From: a virus
Taxonomy: Duplodnaviria > Heunggongvirae > Uroviricota > Caudoviricetes
Virus record (IMG/VR): IMGVR_UViG_3300039159_000198
Length of the DNA: 64,000 bases
Reading direction: 5' to 3' (one strand)
Shown here: piece after piece, positions 37,111 to 46,600 of the stretch
Numbering within the stretch: the first letter of the stretch is position 1
How the letters are laid out: each line of letters begins with the position of its first letter
Position numbers and translations under genes: made by a program
Notes under the pieces: model-generated
Told to the model about the DNA's origin: nothing
Database searches by the model: none
Seen by the model: only the letters and a program-made list of their open reading frames with translations

Positions 37111-38694
37111 ATGATGTCATTAAAGATTAAAAAAAGAGGGGGAGATGAAGTTTCATTTAACCCTCAAAAAATTTACAATAGAGTTAAACGAGCGGCAAAA
37201 GGGTTAAATGTTAACTCTGATGAGATTTTTATTAAGGTAATAACTTCAGTACCTACTGAGGGTTTTATTACAACAAAAGAATTGGATAAGTTGGTTTATG
37301 AGATTGCAGCAGCATATACGGGTAGTCATCACGATTATTCTCGTTTAGCGTCTTCAGTTGCAATATCTGCGTATCACAAAGAAACTGATGGTAGTTTTTC
37401 AAATACTATGAATACCTTATATGGGTATGGTACAATTAACGATAAGTTAATTGAAACAATTAATGATTATGGTGCTGAAAATATTGATGCAATAATTAAT
37501 CATGAAAATGATTACAATTTTGACTATTTTGCTTGGCGTTCATTACAAGAGATGTATCTGTTAAAAACTCCGGAAGGTAAAGTTATTGAAAGACCTCAAC
37601 ACATGTATATGAGAGTTGCTTTATGGGTAACTAAATCATTTGAACAGGCGGTTGAATACTATACTTCATTATCGGAACAACGTATTTCACCTGCAACCCC
37701 TATTATGATTAATGCAGGTACTAGAACTCCACAATTAGCTTCTTGTGTGTTAAAGTATAGTCATGGGGATTCAAGAGAGGGATTGTTACAAACCTTTAAT
37801 GATATCTCAAAATACTCATCAGACGCTGCGGGAATTGGGTTATGTATGTCTAACATTCGTAGTAAAGAAAGTCGTATTAATTCATCAGGTGGATATGCAG
37901 GGGGTTTATTAAAATACTTAAAAATTGTTAATGAGGGTTTAAGATTCTTTAATCAACAAGGTAGAAGACCCGGGAGTGCGGCAATTTATTTAGAACCTTG
38001 GCATAAAGATATTCTTGACCTTTTAGACATTAAAAAAAATACGGGAGCGGAAGAATTGAGAGCAAGAGATTTATTTACATCAGTTTGGTTACCGGATAAC
38101 TTTATGGAAGCGGTTAGGGATAATAAAGATTGGTATTTATTCTGCCCAAATGACATTATTAAAGCTGGTATTAAACCACTACAAGAGGCTTATGGTGATG
38201 AATATGTTGAAAACTATAATAAAGCAGTTGAGTTAGGTTTGGGTAAAAAAGTTAAAGCGCAAACTATATGGAATAAAATTATTGAATCTCAAGTTGAAAC
38301 TGGTGTTCCTTATTTGTCGTCGAAAGATAATGCGAATAGAAAAACAAATCATCAAAACATCGGGGTTATTAAACAATCTAATTTATGTTGTTTAACCGAA
38401 GAGTCGATATTAACAATTGAAAGAGAATCCGGAAATATTGAAAATTTAACTATTAAAGAGGTTGTTGAGTTAATTGAAAGTTCCGAACAACTTAAAGTTA
38501 AAACACAAAACGGATTTTCAAACATTTTAACAGGGGCGTTAACTAGAAAAAACACAGAAATACTTGAAATAGTTGATGAAGAATTAGGGGTAAATATTAG
38601 ATGTACTCCTGACCATTTGATATTCACGGAAAATCGTGGTTATGTTAGAGCAGATGAGTTGATGTTTAATGATATTTTAAAAACGAACAAATAG
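37111..38694 (+). CDS. nrdA: Ribonucleotide reductase alpha subunit, N-terminal fragment fused to split-intein N half
   Basis: ATP cone (IKKRGG), ERPQ, SPATP, QLASC, GRRPGS, ETGVPY, QSNLC followed by intein sequence. Confidence 0.95.
   Translation: MMSLKIKKRGGDEVSFNPQKIYNRVKRAAKGLNVNSDEIFIKVITSVPTEGFITTKELDKLVYEIAAAYTGSHHDYSRLASSVAISAYHKETDGSFSNTMNTLYGYGTINDKLIETINDYGAENIDAIINHENDYNFDYFAWRSLQEMYLLKTPEGKVIERPQHMYMRVALWVTKSFEQAVEYYTSLSEQRISPATPIMINAGTRTPQLASCVLKYSHGDSREGLLQTFNDISKYSSDAAGIGLCMSNIRSKESRINSSGGYAGGLLKYLKIVNEGLRFFNQQGRRPGSAAIYLEPWHKDILDLLDIKKNTGAEELRARDLFTSVWLPDNFMEAVRDNKDWYLFCPNDIIKAGIKPLQEAYGDEYVENYNKAVELGLGKKVKAQTIWNKIIESQVETGVPYLSSKDNANRKTNHQNIGVIKQSNLCCLTEESILTIERESGNIENLTIKEVVELIESSEQLKVKTQNGFSNILTGALTRKNTEILEIVDEELGVNIRCTPDHLIFTENRGYVRADELMFNDILKTNK
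38389..38691 (+). mobile_element. Split intein N fragment (101 aa)
   Basis: CLTEESIL block A, IRCTPDHLIFT block B, RGYVRADEL, then a stop; acidic. Confidence 0.9.
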
Positions 38695-38734
38695 TGGTCT
38701 CTTTCATATCTATATATTTATAGATAAAGATTAT

Positions 38735-39886
38735 ATGAAATATTATGTTTATATTTTAATGGATGATAGGTTTCATGGTAATTATGGAAATCAATATTGT
38801 GATATTACTCACAAACCATTTTATGTTGGGAAAGGGTTTTATGGTACAAAAAATAAAAGTGAAAGACATTTAATTCATTATAAGTTAAGTAATGGGGGTT
38901 GTGATAAAAGTTCAAACCCCCAAAAATGTCGAATTATTCAAAAACTAATTAATGGAGGTTTTCAACCTAATTTTAAAATTGTTTATGAAGACGATATTGA
39001 AGATAATGTTTTTAAGGTTGAAACGGAGTTAATAAATTTCTATGAAAGAAAATCAAATGGTGGAATCTTAACAAATATTTGTGAAGGGGGTAATGGGGGA
39101 GACACATTTACAAATAATCCCAACAAAGAAGGGATACGAGAAAAACATAGAATTAATGCTCTTGGTGAGAAAAATGGGATGTATGGATTAAAATTAGAGG
39201 AAAGACCATCACATATCGCAAAACTTAACGGTAGCCATTGGAATTTGGGGAAGACTATGTCTGAAAACCATAAAAAAATATTAAAAAAATTAAGGGAGGA
39301 TAGATTACCCATAATACAACAAATAGATAAAAGAACTTTTGAAGTTTTAGATGAGTTACAAATATTTGATATTATTAAAAAATATGGATTATCGTATAAT
39401 AGGTTATATTTTTGTCTAACTAAAGGGGGTGAACACCGAGGTTATTATTGGAAATATAAAGAAAAAGAATTAGTTTTAAAAAAAACCCTAAGACCGGATT
39501 ATCAAAAACCAAAAAGAGTTATTAAATGTAAAAAAGTTTTTTATAAAAAACTTATAAACGATATTAACGAAATTGAATATAATAATGTTATAGACGCCTC
39601 TAATAATATTGGGTTATCGATTAAAACAATTAGGTTAAAATGTAAGATGAATAATGATACTTTAAACGTTTTTAGGTATGAAAATTCTGATTATAATTTT
39701 GAAGGGATAAAAAGTAAAAAAATACCAATTATTAGAGTTGATGGTTTGGGGAATGAAGTTGTATTTGATAGTGTGACTGATGCCTCTAAAAGTTTAAACA
39801 ATGGTAGTGTGTCTATGATAGTACAAGTTTGTAAGGGTAATAGAAAAAAACATAAAGGATTTACATTTAAATATTTAAAAAAATAA
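38735..39886 (+). CDS. Free-standing GIY-YIG-like homing endonuclease with NUMOD3/NUMOD1-like DNA-binding repeats, between the nrdA halves
   Basis: YYVYILMD...PFYVGKG...R...H, ETELI, LTNI..GG.GG; NGMYG and WNLGKTMSE; FDSVTDAS...VCKGNRKKHKGFTFKY. Confidence 0.85.
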   Translation: MKYYVYILMDDRFHGNYGNQYCDITHKPFYVGKGFYGTKNKSERHLIHYKLSNGGCDKSSNPQKCRIIQKLINGGFQPNFKIVYEDDIEDNVFKVETELINFYERKSNGGILTNICEGGNGGDTFTNNPNKEGIREKHRINALGEKNGMYGLKLEERPSHIAKLNGSHWNLGKTMSENHKKILKKLREDRLPIIQQIDKRTFEVLDELQIFDIIKKYGLSYNRLYFCLTKGGEHRGYYWKYKEKELVLKKTLRPDYQKPKRVIKCKKVFYKKLINDINEIEYNNVIDASNNIGLSIKTIRLKCKMNNDTLNVFRYENSDYNFEGIKSKKIPIIRVDGLGNEVVFDSVTDASKSLNNGSVSMIVQVCKGNRKKHKGFTFKYLKK

Positions 39887-39888
39887 AA

Positions 39889-39987
39889 ATGATTAAAATA
39901 AACAAAATAGAAAAAAAAGAAGATGTGTATGATATACAAGTACCAGAAACACAATCTTTCTATGCGAATAATATATTAGTACATAAT
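39889..39987 (+). mobile_element. Split intein C fragment (33 aa)
   Basis: MIKINKIEKKEDVYDIQVPETQSFYANNILVHN with +1 Cys; VYDI block F and HN block G. Confidence 0.92.
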
Positions 39988-41136
39988 TGCGAGATTTACC
40001 AATATACTGATGAAACAACTACGGCAATTTGTACTCTATCATCAATGGTGTTGAAAAACTTTATTATAAAAGGTGAGTTTGATTTCAAATTATTATACTC
40101 AGAAGTAAGAAAAGTGGTTAGAGCCCTTAATAAGGTGATTGACATTAATAGTTATTCAACTGAACAAGGTAGAAAAGGTGGTTTAGAACAAAGGGCTATT
40201 GCTATTGGAACTCAAGGACTTGCGGATGTATTTTTCTTAATGGATTATATTTTCACATCAGAGGAGGCTAAAGTTCTTAACAAACAGATTTTTGAAACAA
40301 TCTATTTTGCCGCAATTACTGAAAGTATGTCATTATGTAAATCAGAGGAATACAAACCATATGACTTCTTTGACGGTTCACCAATGTCAAAAGGGGTATT
40401 TCAATTTGATATGTGGGGATTAGACTGTAAAGGATTAGGTAGAATGTGGGATTGGGACTCACTTAAGTTGGAAGTGTCTAACCACGGGGTTTGTAATTCG
40501 TTATTTACCGCTCAGATGCCGGTAGCGTCTTCTGCTAAGATAACAGGTTCGTTTGAAATGACTGAACCGGCTCACTCGGCATTATTTAATCGTCGTGTAG
40601 TTGGGGGAGAAATTTTAATTGTTAATAAGTATTTAATTGGAGACTTTGAAAAAATTGGTATTTGGTCTGAAGATTTAAAGAATGAGATTATTATGAATGA
40701 AGGTTCCGTTCAAAATATTAATTTTAATCATTACTTAGATAAGGAAGATAAAAATTACAATAAGAAAGTTAAGAGAATTGAGCATTTAATTCCAAAATAT
40801 AAAACTATTTGGGAAATATCTCAAAGAGAACTTATTGATATGGCGGCTGACAGAGCACCATTCATTGACCAATCACAATCAATGAATATCTATATGTCCA
40901 ACCCAACATTATCGAAAATTTCGTCATCTCACTTCCATTCATGGGGTAAAGGATTGAAAACACTTTGTTATTATGTTAGAACTAAAGCAATATCAACGGG
41001 AGCTAAACACTTAGCAATGGACATCTCAAAAATAAAACAACCATCAGTTAAAATTGAGTTACCAAAAGTAGATTTAATTGAAAAAAATGATAAACCGGTA
41101 GATTCAGATTTTGAATGTTTTGGATGTGGTTCATAA
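39889..41136 (+). CDS. nrdA: Split-intein C half fused to ribonucleotide reductase alpha C-terminal fragment
   Basis: 33 aa IntC then CEIY, AICTLSS, RAIAIGTQG, AQMPVASS, FIDQSQS, GLKTLCYYVR, terminal CFGC. Confidence 0.95.
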   Translation: MIKINKIEKKEDVYDIQVPETQSFYANNILVHNCEIYQYTDETTTAICTLSSMVLKNFIIKGEFDFKLLYSEVRKVVRALNKVIDINSYSTEQGRKGGLEQRAIAIGTQGLADVFFLMDYIFTSEEAKVLNKQIFETIYFAAITESMSLCKSEEYKPYDFFDGSPMSKGVFQFDMWGLDCKGLGRMWDWDSLKLEVSNHGVCNSLFTAQMPVASSAKITGSFEMTEPAHSALFNRRVVGGEILIVNKYLIGDFEKIGIWSEDLKNEIIMNEGSVQNINFNHYLDKEDKNYNKKVKRIEHLIPKYKTIWEISQRELIDMAADRAPFIDQSQSMNIYMSNPTLSKISSSHFHSWGKGLKTLCYYVRTKAISTGAKHLAMDISKIKQPSVKIELPKVDLIEKNDKPVDSDFECFGCGS

Positions 41137-41158
41137 CCAAATAAAATAATCACGATAT

Positions 41159-41187
41159 AAATCACGATAATATTGTCGTGATTTTTT
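41159..41187 (+). terminator. Intrinsic terminator after nrdA
   Basis: AAATCACGATA-ATAT-TGTCGTGATTT followed by TTT. Confidence 0.7.
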
Positions 41188-41234
41188 ATTTTACTCTATT
41201 TATTAGAAATAACCACGACACTATAATTATAGAT

Positions 41235-41705
41235 ATGGCAAACGGAACAACATACGGTATTAATTTTCCTTTTAGGGATTCGGTTAAGGGTGATTACTTA
41301 CAATTAACAGAACTTCAATCTCAAGAGGTTAAAGCGGATTTAATTCACTTACTTTTAACAAGAAAGGGTTCGAGATATTATTTACCAACTTTTGGAACAA
41401 GACTTTATGAGTTTTTGTTTGAACCATTTGATGGGTTAACGTTTGACGCTATCGAATCAGATATTAGAGATGCCGTTGGTACTTTTATGCCAAACTTATT
41501 ATTAAATCAAATTACCATAAGTCCTGCTGACCCAATGGAAGAAGTTGACTTAGCAACCGGTACCGCAACTGCGGGAAGTGGTGAGTCATCAATTTATAGA
41601 TTTCCGGGTAAAGGAACGTCGGAATACACAGCAAAAATAAAAATAGATTACTCAACCAACAATACAACTTTTGGGCCGAGTGATTTCGTTATCATTAATA
41701 TTTAA
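41235..41705 (+). CDS. Baseplate wedge / sheath initiator gp25-like protein
   Basis: GINFPF, LLLTRKGSR...PTFGTRL...LFEP; likely start 41235 (MANG), downstream of the terminator and TATTTAT. Confidence 0.88.
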   Translation: MANGTTYGINFPFRDSVKGDYLQLTELQSQEVKADLIHLLLTRKGSRYYLPTFGTRLYEFLFEPFDGLTFDAIESDIRDAVGTFMPNLLLNQITISPADPMEEVDLATGTATAGSGESSIYRFPGKGTSEYTAKIKIDYSTNNTTFGPSDFVIINI

Positions 41706-41711
41706 TATTGT

Positions 41712-43550
41712 ATGGCAAATCGTAATATATCGTATACTACAAGAGATTATCAGGGAATAAGAACTGAGTTATTAAACTATGTAAGAACTTACTACCCAGA
41801 ATTAATACAGGACTTCAACGATGCTTCTGTGTTCTCAGTATTCTTAGATTTGAATGCAGCAGTTGCGGATAACTTACATTACCATATAGATAGAAGTATT
41901 CAAGAGACTGTTTTACAATACGCTCAACAAAGGTCTTCAATTTATAATATTGCTCGAACCTATGGATTAAAACTACCGGGACAGAGACCATCAGTTTCTT
42001 TAGTTGATTTTTCAATAACCGTTCCCGCCTTTGGGGATAAAGAAGATGAACGATACTTAGGAACATTAACAAGAGGGTCTCAGGTTGTTGGGGCGGGTAT
42101 TGTATTTGAAAATATTTACGATGTTGATTTTACTTCACCATATAATGCTCAAGGGTTTCCAAATCGTTTAAAAATACCAAACTTTAATGCGAATAATGTA
42201 TTAATTAATTATACTATCACCAAAAGAGAGTTAGTTGTTAATGGTATTACCAAAGTATTCAAAAGAGTTATTACACCAAATGATGTTAAACCATTCTTTG
42301 AGTTATTTTTACCTGAAAAAAATGTATTAGGTATTACTAATGTTTTATTAAAAAGTGGTACTGAATATACTAACGTACCGTCAACGGCAGAATTTTTAGG
42401 TGTATCAAATAAATGGTATGAGGTTGATGCTTTGGCTGAAGACCGTGTGTTTATTGAGGACCCAACTAAAGTTTCAGACCAACCGGGTATTAAAGTTGGA
42501 AAATATATTCAAACATCCAATAGATTTATCAGTGAATATACTCCTGAAGGATTTAAAAAATTAACATTTGGTGGTGGAACAAATACTGCTCAGGATGCTT
42601 TAGACCAATTCACAACTCTTGGAGCGACAATTGATTTACAAAGATACTCAAATAACTTTTCATTAGGGTCTGCATTGACTCCAAATTCAACTTTATTTAT
42701 ACAATATCGAGTTGGAGGAGGATTGGCGACTAACTTAGGAACAAATGTTATTAACCAAATTGGAACTGTAAGCTTTTTTGTTAATGGTCCATCTGAGATA
42801 ACTAACTCATCTGTTGTTAATTCATTGAGATGTAATAATGTTACCGCGGCAATTGGAGGTTCAGGGGTGCCATCATTAGAAGAAATTAGGAACTATGTGT
42901 CTTTTAACTTCTCAGCGCAAAAAAGAGCTGTTACGGTACAGGATTATGAATCCATCATTAGAAATATGCCATCTGAGTTTGGTGCGCCGGCAAAAGTTTC
43001 AATAACCGAAAATAATAATAAAATACTAATTCAATTATTGTCTTACGATACTTCAGGAAAATTAACAAGTATTGTATCCGATACTTTAAGACAAAACGTA
43101 GCAAACTATTTATCAAACTACCGAATGATAAATGATTATATTTCAATATTAACTGCTCAAGTTATTGATTTAAGTATTGATGTACAAATTGTTTTAGATT
43201 CTGCTCAAAATTCGGGACAAATTATTGCGGATGTTGTTGATAGAGTTTCAACATATCTTAATCCTCAAACAAGAGAATTGGGACAAAATGTTTATTTGTC
43301 TGAATTAAAAAGTCTTATTCAAAACCAAAATGGTGTTTTAACTGTTGCGGGATTAAATGTTTATAATAATGTTGGGGGTCAATACTCTTCGTCAGAAACT
43401 TCTATGGAATATATTAATGCGGAAACTAAAGAAATTGCGACTATTGATGATACTATTTTTGCACAACCATCTCAGGTTTATCAAATTAGATATCCAAATA
43501 AAGATATTAGAGTATCTGTTAAAAATTTCCAATCAGTTACATTCTCTTAA
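41712..43550 (+). CDS. Baseplate wedge protein (gp6/J-like)
   Basis: YTTRDY..IR.EL, AQQRSSIYNIA, FGGG, YRVGGG, RAVTVQDY. Confidence 0.85.
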   Translation: MANRNISYTTRDYQGIRTELLNYVRTYYPELIQDFNDASVFSVFLDLNAAVADNLHYHIDRSIQETVLQYAQQRSSIYNIARTYGLKLPGQRPSVSLVDFSITVPAFGDKEDERYLGTLTRGSQVVGAGIVFENIYDVDFTSPYNAQGFPNRLKIPNFNANNVLINYTITKRELVVNGITKVFKRVITPNDVKPFFELFLPEKNVLGITNVLLKSGTEYTNVPSTAEFLGVSNKWYEVDALAEDRVFIEDPTKVSDQPGIKVGKYIQTSNRFISEYTPEGFKKLTFGGGTNTAQDALDQFTTLGATIDLQRYSNNFSLGSALTPNSTLFIQYRVGGGLATNLGTNVINQIGTVSFFVNGPSEITNSSVVNSLRCNNVTAAIGGSGVPSLEEIRNYVSFNFSAQKRAVTVQDYESIIRNMPSEFGAPAKVSITENNNKILIQLLSYDTSGKLTSIVSDTLRQNVANYLSNYRMINDYISILTAQVIDLSIDVQIVLDSAQNSGQIIADVVDRVSTYLNPQTRELGQNVYLSELKSLIQNQNGVLTVAGLNVYNNVGGQYSSSETSMEYINAETKEIATIDDTIFAQPSQVYQIRYPNKDIRVSVKNFQSVTFS

Positions 43551-43644
43551 CAGGTTTATTTCTGACTCAAATAGTTTATTATTAAATGTGGTGTGTGTTA
43601 ATTTTAAAAATCACACATAAACTATTTATAAAATAAAGAATTGA

Positions 43645-46600
43645 ATGGGTCAGTCATATAGAATCAGAACGGAACTTGGGGTTAACAAAACAATTAATGT
43701 TCAGTTAGACCAAGATTTTGAGTTCTTAGAAATCTTATCATTAAAAATACAACAATCAGAGGTTTATACTCGAAGTTGTTCGGAATATGGTGTTGTAGTT
43801 GGAAGGGTAATCGCTAACGGAGGATTTGGTGTTCCAAATGCTCGGGTTTCGGTATTTATTCCAATCTCACAGGTTGACGAATCTAACCCAATAATATCAA
43901 GTATCTATCCATACAAATCTCCAAATGATAAAAATAGTGATGGGTATCGTTATAATTTATTACCTTATGAGAAATCATATTCAGTCCATGCTGCTACAGG
44001 TACATTACCTACAAGGTTTGATGTTTTAACTGATAGTACGGTAGTTGAACTCTACGACAAATACTACAAATATACGACTAAAACAAACGAGAGTGGTGAC
44101 TACATGATAATGGGAGTACCGTTAGGGGCTCAACTTTTAGTTATGGATGTGGATTTATCGGATATAGGGGAATTTTCTTTAACACCTCAAGATTTGATTA
44201 GAATGGGATTAGCGACAGAAGGTCAAGTGGCTGGTAATCGTTTTAAAACTTCAACGGATTTATCATCACTACCACAAATTGTTACGTTACAAAAAGCGTT
44301 AAGTGTTGTTCCATTGTGGGGAGACCCGGATGTATGTCAAATAGCTGTTAATCGTGTTGATTTTGATTTAAGGAATGACGCAAATATTAATATACGACCA
44401 ACCTCAGTATTTATGGGGTCAATGTTTTCATCTGCGGATACTTTTAGGGTTAGAAAAAATTGTAAACCTAAAGATGATTTAGGGAATTTATGTGATTTAA
44501 CTACTGGTCCGGGGCAAATTTTAGGGATTAGACAAACTATAAATTACGATAAGGATGGTAATCCAATATTAGAGCAACATCAATTTGAACAGTCCGGTAA
44601 TATTATTGATGGGAATGGTGTATGGATGACGGAACTACCAATGAATTTAGATTACTACATTACTAACGAATTTGGTGAAAAAATCATTTCAAATAATCCT
44701 GACATTGGTATTCCAACTAAAGGAAAATATCGGTTTAAATTTAAATGGCAACAACCAAATGACCTAACCTTACAAACAAGAAGACCTTATTATTTAGTTC
44801 CTAATGTAAAAGAATATGGGTGGACTAATGCTGATGATGACCCCTATACCCAAGGAACTACATCCGATAGGGAAAAACTTGCAAGTTCATATTATTTTGG
44901 ATTGGATTGGAGTGGATATACTAACGGATTTACATTACAAGAGAAAAATGAAAGAATTGATGAGGTTATAAATTGTGAAGATACTTTTTATGAGTTCCAA
45001 TTTAACCGTGTATACACAGTTTCATCGTTAATTGACCAATATAAAAAAGGGAATAAGGGACAGTTTATAGGTATTAAAGAAATTGATAATAATGACTGTG
45101 ATTCTATTATTAATAAATTCCCTGTTAATGATGGGTTTAGAAATTTTGATTTATTCTTTTTTATATTTTCAATTTTATTTACTATAATTCAACCTGCATT
45201 TATTGGTATTTTAACTGCGATGCACATTGTATTATTTCTTTATAATTTAATGATAGGTGCCCTTTGCGCTATTTGTGGGGTGAGAATACCTATAATTAAG
45301 GTATATCCGTTTAGATGGATATGTAATAAATTAAAAGTTAAATGTGATACAAGAAATTATACTTTTAGAATACCTATGATAACTTATCCTGAATGTCAGG
45401 CTTGTGATTGTCAACAAGAAACCAGCGTTAAGGGTGATAACACATATAATGACGGTAATCCTAACGGTTTAGGTATTTTAACTAATTTATCTTTACAAGA
45501 AAGTTATACTACAATATTAGAGTCTGTATTATTTTCTGGTGATACTGAGAATATGGGATTACTTGCTAATGTTACTTCTCAGGTGTTGGGGGGATTTAGT
45601 AATTCAGCTTTCGTTGCTGATACTCAAAGATATAAATTACCAATTTCAAATGTTTATAATATTGGAGGGGTTAATAAAATTAGTTCTAGTAAAAGTTTAC
45701 CAATTGGAGAGAGAATAAATCTTTTTAATCAAAGGTCAAATTATTTTAGTGGTGTTAACAGGATTAAAGTTAGTTTTTCAAAAAATGAGAATATTGGTAA
45801 ATATCATTATGATAACACTATCACGGTTCTATCTCAAGGGGAATTTCAAACGGGAGATTTACTTAGCTTTATTAATTTTACAAAGTCTGAAGATAAGAAT
45901 TATACTTATACTGCAAGTACTGTTTCTGGGATAACAACAGGGATAAGTGGGTCGTCATACAATGGTAGTGGACAAACAATGGTGAATATAACTTACGCTA
46001 ATCCAACAAATGATAGTCAAACAACTGAACTAATAACTAATTATTCATTACCGTATGGTTCTATTGGGACAAATTATAAATTTCCTTCGGATATTGAATA
46101 TTATCAAGTTGTTACTGCGATTACAGTTTCACAAGCCTCTTTAATGTGGAACTCAGGGACTACTCAGTCATTTCCAAATGTTCTAAATAGTCCTACAATT
46201 ATTAATACTTACAGAGAATTGATTGGTATAGGGGTAATTGATTCAGTTACTCAACTAACCGCGACTGATTATTTAGAGGACTATGGAGCTCAATATATTC
46301 TTATATTACAAAGAGGGGTTGACCCATATTCTCCATTGTATACTAATGAATATAAATTAGGCGGATTATTTGGTACTACGGAAGATGACCCAAATTGGAC
46401 GGTAACGGCAACCACAAGATTAAATATTCCTATACAAAAATTACAAAATACTGATATTACTATACAGCCATATAATCAAAATGGCATGTTTTACCAATCT
46501 TATTTCTTTAATCCGGGTAATAATTATTCGGCGTTTACCACAACATCAACAACATATTATAGTTCATTAGATAAAACTTCTTTACCTCTACCTTCAAGAT

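Noticed and set aside
38389-39987. Group I intron in nrdA
   Set aside because: Both flanks encode intein halves, and only about 40 nt and 2 nt of non-coding sequence remain, too little for a ribozyme core.
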